NCBI GenBank assembly: GCA_003135555.1
Contig: PLCF01000020.1
Span: forward strand, 1 to 44,596
Direction of reading: 5' to 3'
Source: Vulcanimicrobiota bacterium
Lineage (GTDB): Bacteria > Vulcanimicrobiota > Vulcanimicrobiia > Vulcanimicrobiales > Vulcanimicrobiaceae
Length of the DNA: 44,596 bases
In this document: positions 29,666-35,299 of the stretch, piece by piece
Numbering within the stretch: the stretch's first letter is position 1
Layout: each line of letters begins with the position of its first letter
The notes under the pieces: model-generated
The model's input: the letters and a program-made list of their open reading frames with translations, nothing else
What the model was told of the DNA's origin: nothing
Databases searched by the model: none
Program-made: the position numbers and the translations under genes

Positions 29666-31246
29666 TCAGCCGCTTTCGCGGGCGCGCAGAACGTGACGGC
29701 GGATCTTTCCCGTCGCGGTCTTGGGCAGCTCCGGGACGAACTCGATCCAGCGCGGGTACTTGTACGGCGCCAAGCGGCTCTTCACGTGCGCCTGCAAGAC
29801 CTCGACGAGGTCGGCGCGCGCTTCGATCCCCGGCTTGAGGACCACGAACGCCTTGGGTTTGACGAGGCCGTGGTCGTCGGCGACGCCGATCACCGCAGCT
29901 TCGAGCACCTGCTGGTGTGCGACGAGCGCGGCTTCGACCTCGCTCGGCGACACCCAGATCCCCCCGACTTTGAGCATATCGTCGACGCGGCCGCAATAGA
30001 CGAAGTACCCATCCTCGTCCTGGCGGTACTTGTCGCCGGTGCGCGTCCACTCGCCGGCAAAGGTGCTGCGCGACTTGGCGCGGTTGTTCCAATAGTACGC
30101 CGCCGCGGTCGGGCCGCTGACCTCGAGCTCCCCGAGCTCGCCGGGCGCGACCTCGCGTCCGTCGTCGCCGACGATGCGGGTGCGGTAGCCCGGGACCGGC
30201 AGCCCGGTGGTGCCGTAGCGCACCGCGCCGGGCCGGTTCGAGACGAAGATGTGCAGCATCTCGGTCGAGCCGATCCCGTCGATGATCTCGTGGCCGAAGC
30301 GCGCGGTCCAGTTCTTGCCGATCTCCTCGGGGAGCGGCTCGCCGGCCGAGATGCACAGCCGCAGCGCGAGGTCCTCGCGCGCGGGGAGCTGCGGGTGGAC
30401 CAGCAGCGCGCCGAACAGCGTCGGAACACCGCAGAAGATCGTCGCGCGCTGCTCGCGCAACAGCCGGCTCACGACCTCCGGGGTCGCCCGACCGGCATGC
30501 AGCACCGCGGTCGCCCCGACCGACATCGGGAACGTCAGCGCGTTGCCCAACCCGTAAGCGAAGAACAGTTTGGCGGCCGAATAGACGATGTCGCTCTCGC
30601 ACAGGCCGAGCACGTTCTGGGCGAACAGCTCGGCGGTCGCAATCAGGCTCGTCTGGACGTGCACCGCCCCTTTGGGCGTGCCGGTCGAGCCCGAAGAGTA
30701 GAGCCAGAAGCAGGCGTCGTCGGGGCGCGTCGGCGCGGGCTGCGCGAGCGGCGTCGCGTCGAGCACCAGCGACGCCAGCGTCGGCCGGCGTCCGTCGGCG
30801 AGCGTGGCGCGCGGGTCGGAGACGATGATGCGGCCGGGCCAGCCGGCGAGCCGCGCGGCTTCTTCGTAGTGCGCGAGCAGCTCCGCCGAAACGATTGCGA
30901 CCTTCGCGCGGCTGTCGGCGAGGATGAACGCGAAGTCCGCCGGCTGGAAGAGCGTGTTGACCGGGATGGGGACGATCCCGGCTTTGATCGCGCCCAGGAA
31001 CACCACCGGAAAGTCGAGCGTGTCGAGCAGTCCCAGCACGACGCGGTCTTCCATCTCGAGGCCCAGCCCCAGGAGCGCGCCGGCGCACCGATCGACTCGT
31101 TGCGCGAGCTCGCCGTACGTCTGCGCGCCGCCGTCATCGATGAAGGCCGTCTTCCCGGCCCTCGCCGGAAGGTTTCGGCCGATGAGGTCCGCGGCCGCGT
31201 TGTACAACGACGGGGCCGCGATCGACGAAGGCTCGGAGGCGATCAT
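29666..31246 (-). CDS. Benzoate-CoA ligase
   Basis: GGAG RBS; YNAAADL, YSSGSTGTPKG, KLFFAYGLGN, DGIGSTEMLHIF, LPKTATGKI; divergent from boxR-boxC-boxB. Confidence 0.9.
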   Translation of the reverse strand: MIASEPSSIAAPSLYNAAADLIGRNLPARAGKTAFIDDGGAQTYGELAQRVDRCAGALLGLGLEMEDRVVLGLLDTLDFPVVFLGAIKAGIVPIPVNTLFQPADFAFILADSRAKVAIVSAELLAHYEEAARLAGWPGRIIVSDPRATLADGRRPTLASLVLDATPLAQPAPTRPDDACFWLYSSGSTGTPKGAVHVQTSLIATAELFAQNVLGLCESDIVYSAAKLFFAYGLGNALTFPMSVGATAVLHAGRATPEVVSRLLREQRATIFCGVPTLFGALLVHPQLPAREDLALRLCISAGEPLPEEIGKNWTARFGHEIIDGIGSTEMLHIFVSNRPGAVRYGTTGLPVPGYRTRIVGDDGREVAPGELGELEVSGPTAAAYYWNNRAKSRSTFAGEWTRTGDKYRQDEDGYFVYCGRVDDMLKVGGIWVSPSEVEAALVAHQQVLEAAVIGVADDHGLVKPKAFVVLKPGIEARADLVEVLQAHVKSRLAPYKYPRWIEFVPELPKTATGKIRRHVLRARESG

Positions 31247-31300
31247 AGGAATCTCCGTGACGGTGCGGGGGCCGGGCCTGGACTCGCGGCCGTGTGTAGC

Positions 31301-31308
31301 ATTATAAT
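31301..31308. repeat. Left target-site duplication ATTATAAT
   Basis: Identical 8-mer at 34130-34137 directly flanks the other TIR. Confidence 0.9.
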
Positions 31309-31336
31309 GGCTATTATTACCTTGACACAACAAGCA
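31309..31336 (+). repeat. Left terminal inverted repeat of the IS
   Basis: Pairs with 34102-34129. Confidence 0.9.
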
Positions 31337-31350
31337 GGCTCCTGTAGAAT
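31322..31350 (+). promoter_or_regulatory. Sigma-70 promoter of the transposase (probably leaderless)
   Basis: TTGACA (31322-27), 17 nt, TAGAAT (31345-50), then 6 nt to the ATG at 31357; no SD. Confidence 0.75.
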
Positions 31351-31356
31351 AGACGC

Positions 31357-32301
31357 ATGGACCGGATACCAACGCCGACCACGCTCCTCGAAGCCGTCCG
31401 CGCTTTTGCTGACCGGCAGGTCGCTCACGACTACTTCGTCGCGATCCGTTGGCCGAACGGGATGGCTTGCCCCCGCATAGGCTGCGGATCGGCGGACGTG
31501 GTGCGGATCGCGCAGCGCAACCTGTGGAAGTGCCATGAGTGCAAGCGGCAGTTTACCGCCAAGGTGAACACGGTTTTTGAGGACTCGCCGATTGGCTTCG
31601 ACAAGTGGCTTCCGGCCCTGTGGCTGCTCGCGAGCAACCGTAACGGAATCTCGTCGTGCGAGCTGTCGCGCGGACTGAACGTGTCGCAGAAGGCGGCATG
31701 GTTCATGCTCCATCGCCTGCGGCTGATGATGCGTAGCGGGACGTGGGACCGGCTCTCGGGAGAGGTCGAGGTTGACGAGACGTACGTCGGTGGAAAGACG
31801 CGGCGTTTCGTGCCAATGGCGGTCCGCATTGGGAAGGCTCGCAAGCAGGCGAAAATGGACGCGAAAACCGTCGTCCTCGGAATGGTCGAGCGCGGTGGGC
31901 GGGTGCGCGCTATGGTCGTCGCGAGCAACCGTAAAGTCACGCTCGCTCCGCGCGTCCTCGGGAACGTCGCGCCCGGTTCGACGCTGTATACCGACTCGTT
32001 GCGCTCCTACATCGGGATGCAGGCCGTCTATTCGCACCACGTTATCAATCACGCGGTGGCCTACGTCGAAGGCAAAGTCCACACGAACAACATCGAGAAC
32101 TTTTGGTCCGTCCTCAAGCGCACGTTGGCGGGGACGTATATCGCCGCGCGCCCGTTCCATCTGGACGCGTACTTGGACGAGCAAGTGTTTCGCTTCAACG
32201 CCCGCGAGGACAACGATGGCGATCGGTTCGTGCAAGCCCTCAAGGGCGCGGATGGCCGACGCGTGACGTGGGCCGAACTAACTGACAAGGCCGACCGCTA
32301 G
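31357..32301 (+). CDS. IS1595 family DDE transposase
   Basis: Zn ribbon (RWPNGMACPRIGC...WKCHEC), HTH, VEVDETYVGG, LYTD, HTNNIENFWS, YLDE..FRFN. Confidence 0.95.
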   Translation: MDRIPTPTTLLEAVRAFADRQVAHDYFVAIRWPNGMACPRIGCGSADVVRIAQRNLWKCHECKRQFTAKVNTVFEDSPIGFDKWLPALWLLASNRNGISSCELSRGLNVSQKAAWFMLHRLRLMMRSGTWDRLSGEVEVDETYVGGKTRRFVPMAVRIGKARKQAKMDAKTVVLGMVERGGRVRAMVVASNRKVTLAPRVLGNVAPGSTLYTDSLRSYIGMQAVYSHHVINHAVAYVEGKVHTNNIENFWSVLKRTLAGTYIAARPFHLDAYLDEQVFRFNAREDNDGDRFVQALKGADGRRVTWAELTDKADR

Positions 32302-32540
32302 GGTTCAGAGTCGCCTGCGTCGGCAGCGCGACGCAGTGGGATCGGCGCGCTTCTGCGACGTCGAACTCTAGCGGTCCCCTCACGCTTCCAAGCGTCGATA
32401 ATCGCGTCCGCGTTCTGAAGACCGTACCGGAGAAAGAGATCGACCAAGAAGCTCTTCAGAACCTTACGGTCCGTGCTCTCTAGCGCGAGCTCGCCATCGA
32501 GTATGGGGTCGATCTTCAGAGAGCCGCGCTTGTCGGCCAT
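32298..32540 (-). CDS. Small IS passenger protein (80 aa), function unknown
   Basis: TACAAT -10 box 8 nt upstream of the ATG; stop shares CTAG with the transposase stop; basic C-terminus. Confidence 0.55.
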   Translation of the reverse strand: MADKRGSLKIDPILDGELALESTDRKVLKSFLVDLFLRYGLQNADAIIDAWKREGTARVRRRRSAPIPLRRAADAGDSEP

Positions 32541-32562
32541 GGGCGGCTATTGTAACCCAATC

Positions 32563-32609
32563 GTCCCCGGTTGTCCCCAACTGGGGAAGGATGGGGACAA
32601 ATGGGGACA
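32563..32609. repeat. Helically phased GTCCCC/GGGGACA direct and inverted repeats
   Basis: GTCCCC at 32563 and 32573; ATGGGGACA at 32591 and 32601; TTGTCCCCA/TGGGGACAA perfect 9-bp IR. Confidence 0.7.
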
Positions 32610-32733
32610 GAAGCGCCAGGACCAGCCCGGTCACGAGGAGCCGCCAAGGGCGGCACGTAAGTGGCCGGACCCCCCAATTGATGAGCCGCCAGCTCTTGCA
32701 AACGCTGGCAGCTCTGAGGGTGGGGGAGACAAA

Positions 32734-32805
32734 TGCCGCCGGTGGGGTCTGCCCCCACGCCTTCCGGATCCAGAATCCGGTGCTCGCTGACTGAGCTACG
32801 GCGGC
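32734..32805 (-). tRNA. Non-canonical tRNA-like gene, anticodon CTG (Gln-type)
   Basis: GCCGCCG-TA-GCTC-AGTCAGC-GAGC-A-CCGGA-TTCTGGA-TCCGG-AAGGC-GTGGG-GGCAGAC-CCCAC-CGGCGGC-A: all four stems are Watson-Crick perfect, 72 nt; lacks D-loop GG, TTC and encoded CCA. Confidence 0.8.
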
Positions 32806-32970
32806 CTATGTCGGGGAAGCCGGGGTCCGCAAGGGCCTCGTCTCCCTGTTCCTGAGAACAAATCTTCTCCGCCGCGACTTTGCCTTTGTCCTGCGGCAAT
32901 GCACAACACCCTGCGACGAACGCGCGTTCGTGCACAGCATCTAGCCCTGTAACGGCGGTACCGAGCTGCG

Positions 32971-33129
32971 TTACGCGGTCTTGTTTTTAGGTTTTGGGCC
33001 CCGCCTGATGCGGGGCTTTTCGCGCTCTGCCTTGGCTAGCGCGTCGATCTCGCTCTTCGGGACGGCGGCGGCGCGCGCTACGAACGCCTCGAAGGGGATC
33101 GGCGGCTTTGCCGGCTCAGGCTTTGCCAT
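32971..33129 (-). CDS. Small basic IS passenger protein (52 aa; below the ORF-track cutoff)
   Basis: MAKPEPAKPPIPFEAFVARAAAVPKSEIDALAKAEREKPRIRRGPKPKNKTA*, preceded by extended -10 TGgTACACT 7 nt upstream of the ATG. Confidence 0.6.
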   Translation of the reverse strand: MAKPEPAKPPIPFEAFVARAAAVPKSEIDALAKAEREKPRIRRGPKPKNKTA

Positions 33130-33161
33130 CGGTATGAGTGTACCACGAAACCCCGACGGCG

Positions 33162-33860
33162 CTACAACGTCACTGTGCGGTAAAGGTCCGCATGCTCACG
33201 TAGCAGCTTCTTCACCAAAGCGCCAAGAGATACTAAGACGACCTGTATGCCTTGTCGTCGAGCAAGCTTCATCGCAGGAACCAAGTCAGAGTCACAAGCT
33301 ACGAAGACAAGCCGATGAACGAGGTGCTCTTTCGCCATCATCGCTGAATCGACCCCGATCTTCAAGTCGGTGCCCTTCTGTTTGAGAACCGGCTTGAAAT
33401 CCGTGGCGACGAAATGGCGATGCGTTTGAATTACGTCGCTTAGCGAATCATCAAGAGGAATCCAGCCGTCGAAGGATATTTCACCCAATCGCACTGCGAA
33501 GTATTCTTCCAGGCGCAGGAAGTTTAGCATTTGGTTCTGGTGACTGACCGCCGCAGGCTCGACAATCGGCGTTAGCATGCCGAGCGGATGTGGCTTGACC
33601 TTCGATGGGCCGCCGCTGTACGGCGGACAGTCATAGTAGAAAATACGATAGATGGTTTCCTGTTTCGCATCGACGCAACTCTTCGCGAATTGCACAACGC
33701 GCCGCGCGTAGTCTCGGGGCCCGATCAAATCATGGATTTGCTTCATGGTGCCGTCGGCGCGCTTCAACGATTGTCCGGCGGCGCGCAGTTGCGCGCGCAA
33801 CGACTGCTTGATCTTGACCCGCAAGAAGCCACCGTCGATGAGAACCGCTGTTCGTAACAC
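33162..33860 (-). CDS. NYN domain (LabA/DUF88, PIN-like fold) putative RNase
   Basis: VLIDGGFL, RIFYYDC, KQKGTDLKIGVD, DSDLVPAMKLARRQGIQV; acidic catalytic residues intact. Confidence 0.88.
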   Translation of the reverse strand: MLRTAVLIDGGFLRVKIKQSLRAQLRAAGQSLKRADGTMKQIHDLIGPRDYARRVVQFAKSCVDAKQETIYRIFYYDCPPYSGGPSKVKPHPLGMLTPIVEPAAVSHQNQMLNFLRLEEYFAVRLGEISFDGWIPLDDSLSDVIQTHRHFVATDFKPVLKQKGTDLKIGVDSAMMAKEHLVHRLVFVACDSDLVPAMKLARRQGIQVVLVSLGALVKKLLREHADLYRTVTL

Positions 33861-33901
33861 AGGATTACTATGTTAGCAGAAATTGGTTAACGGGGCCCAG
33901 G

Positions 33902-33936
33902 AAACAACAAAGGGGCCCCTTTCGGGTCCCCTTTGT
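33902..33936 (-). terminator. Intrinsic terminator-like hairpin
   Basis: Minus strand ACAAAGGGG-A-CCC-GAAA-GGG-G-CCCCTTTGT followed by TGTTT; GNRA loop. Confidence 0.6.
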
Positions 33937-33961
33937 CAGACCGGCCTACCGGTGTACGGAT
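33902..33961 (-). ncRNA. Candidate small structured RNA upstream of the NYN gene
   Basis: Follows TTGACT...TAATAT; hairpin ACCGG-TAGG-CCGGT, then a terminator-like hairpin. Confidence 0.4.
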
Positions 33962-33967
33962 AAAACC

Positions 33968-33998
33968 ATATTAGCCGGGCTATGTTCCGAAAAGTCAA
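33968..33998 (-). promoter_or_regulatory. Putative inward-facing sigma-70 promoter for the cargo
   Basis: TTGACT (33998-93) and TAATAT (33973-68); the 19-nt spacer is suboptimal. Confidence 0.4.
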
Positions 33999-34101
33999 TA
34001 CCTTTGTCGTTAATATACGACTTTTGTCGCATTAAGGCCATTTTGGTTGACACACCCCCCGGCCGCCTCGCCCGGTTCCAGCTATAGCCCGGCTCTCCCC
34101 T

Positions 34102-34129
34102 TGCTTGTTGTGGCAAGGTAGTAATAGCG
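34102..34129 (-). repeat. Right terminal inverted repeat of the IS
   Basis: Reverse complement matches 31309-31336 at 25/28. Confidence 0.9.
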
Positions 34130-34137
34130 ATTATAAT
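34130..34137. repeat. Right target-site duplication ATTATAAT
   Basis: Identical to 31301-31308. Confidence 0.9.
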
Positions 34138-34159
34138 GCACACGAGTGGGCACGCCAGC

Positions 34160-35095
34160 GTGATAGTGCATTCGCTCGGCGAAGGCGACGCCGCCTTCCG
34201 CGCGCTCGGGGACCGGGTGCGAGAGCTGCGGGCACGCCGCGGGATGACCCGCAAGATCCTGGCCAAAGACTCCGGCGTTTCGGAGCGCTACCTCGCGCAG
34301 CTCGAGACCGGCCAGGGCAACGCGTCGCTGGCGATCCTGCGCCGCATCGCGCGCGCGCTGGACGTCCCGCTCGAGGCGCTGGTCGCCGACGCGCCTGAGG
34401 CGCCGGCCGACTTGGCGCAGGCCGTCGCGTTGCTGCGGCGCCTTGGGCCCGAACAGCTCGGCGAGGCGCGCGCGCTGCTGGTGCGTACCTTCGGCGAGGC
34501 CGATGCCGCGGGGCGCGCCGGCCGGATCGCGCTCATCGGGCTGCGCGGCGCTGGGAAAACGACGCTCGGCGCGGCACTCGCGGAACGCCTGGGCGTGCCG
34601 TTCGTCGAGCTGGATCGCGAGGTCGAGCGAGCCGGCGGCGTTCCGCTCGCGACGATCTTCGACTTCTACGGGCAGCCCGGGTTCCGCCGCCTGGAGCGCC
34701 GCTGCCTCGACCGCGTGATCGAGGAGCATCCGCGCTTCGTCCTCGCCACCGGCGGAAGCATCGTCTCGGAACCCTCGACCTTCGAGCGGCTGCTCGCCGC
34801 CTGTTTCACGGTCTGGCTCAAGGCCGCGCCCGCCGAGCACATGGCGCGCGTCGTCGCGCAAGGCGACATGCGTCCGATGGCCGGAAACCGTGAGGCGATG
34901 GCCGACCTGCAGCGCATTTTGGCCGGGCGCGAACCGCTCTACCGCCGCGCCGACGCCGAGGTGGACACGACCGCGAAGGAGGCCGGCCAGAGCATCGACG
35001 CCTTGCTGCACGCAATTCCGGGACCCAGCGGCAGACCATCGGCGGGTAGGATTCGTTACAGCGATAGCCTCGCACCACCGAAGGCCGAAAGGTAG
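34160..35095 (+). CDS. boxR: BoxR/BzdR-type regulator (XRE HTH plus shikimate-kinase-like domain); start uncertain (34136/34160/34166)
   Basis: LGDRVRELRARRGMTRKILA..SGVSERYLAQLETG.GN; IALIGLRGAGKTTLG; RVVAQGDMRPM; box cluster context. Confidence 0.9.
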   Translation: MIVHSLGEGDAAFRALGDRVRELRARRGMTRKILAKDSGVSERYLAQLETGQGNASLAILRRIARALDVPLEALVADAPEAPADLAQAVALLRRLGPEQLGEARALLVRTFGEADAAGRAGRIALIGLRGAGKTTLGAALAERLGVPFVELDREVERAGGVPLATIFDFYGQPGFRRLERRCLDRVIEEHPRFVLATGGSIVSEPSTFERLLAACFTVWLKAAPAEHMARVVAQGDMRPMAGNREAMADLQRILAGREPLYRRADAEVDTTAKEAGQSIDALLHAIPGPSGRPSAGRIRYSDSLAPPKAER

Positions 35096-35223
35096 CCGTG
35101 CCGATACCCCTCCTCCTCAAGCTGCTCGCCGGGACCGCCGTGACCTCGATCGTGTGCGCCGGCCTCGTCGCCGGGTTCGGCTGGCCCTGGCCGCTCCGTC
35201 CGCCGAAAAAGCGCCCCCGAACG

Positions 35224-35267
35224 GCACCATAATGCTTGCCTGGCAATGGAAGCTGCAGTATAGTTCA
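35224..35267 (+). promoter_or_regulatory. boxC promoter with two putative BoxR operator boxes
   Basis: TTGCCT (35236), 17 nt, TATAGT (35259); boxes GCACCATAATGC (35224) and TGCAGTATAGTTCA (35254), resembling TGCA-N6-TGCA sites of BzdR/BoxR. Confidence 0.65.
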
Positions 35268-35299
35268 TCTCACCCTTGCAGATGACCGCTGGAGAACGC

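Larger units (their letters stand above)
31309..34129 (+). mobile_element. IS1595-family (ISNwi1-like) transporter IS with passenger genes, 2821 bp
   Basis: Left TIR GGCTATTATTACCTTGACACAACAAGCA versus reverse complement of right end CGCTATTACTACCTTGCCACAACAAGCA (25/28 identical); 8-bp AT-rich TSD; DDE transposase; visibly lower GC cargo. Confidence 0.92.

Noticed and set aside
32734..32805. tRNA as an integrase attachment site of a genomic island
   Set aside because: No integrase and no duplicated tRNA 3' end were seen; the gene lies inside the TIR/TSD-bounded IS.
32516..32935. 139-aa and 105-aa ORFs across the IS non-coding cargo
   Set aside because: No motifs or translation signals; they overlap the tRNA-like gene and hairpins.
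34136..34159. boxR start at ATG 34136
   Set aside because: It lies within the TSD/-10 box with no RBS; a downstream GTG is more plausible but not proven.
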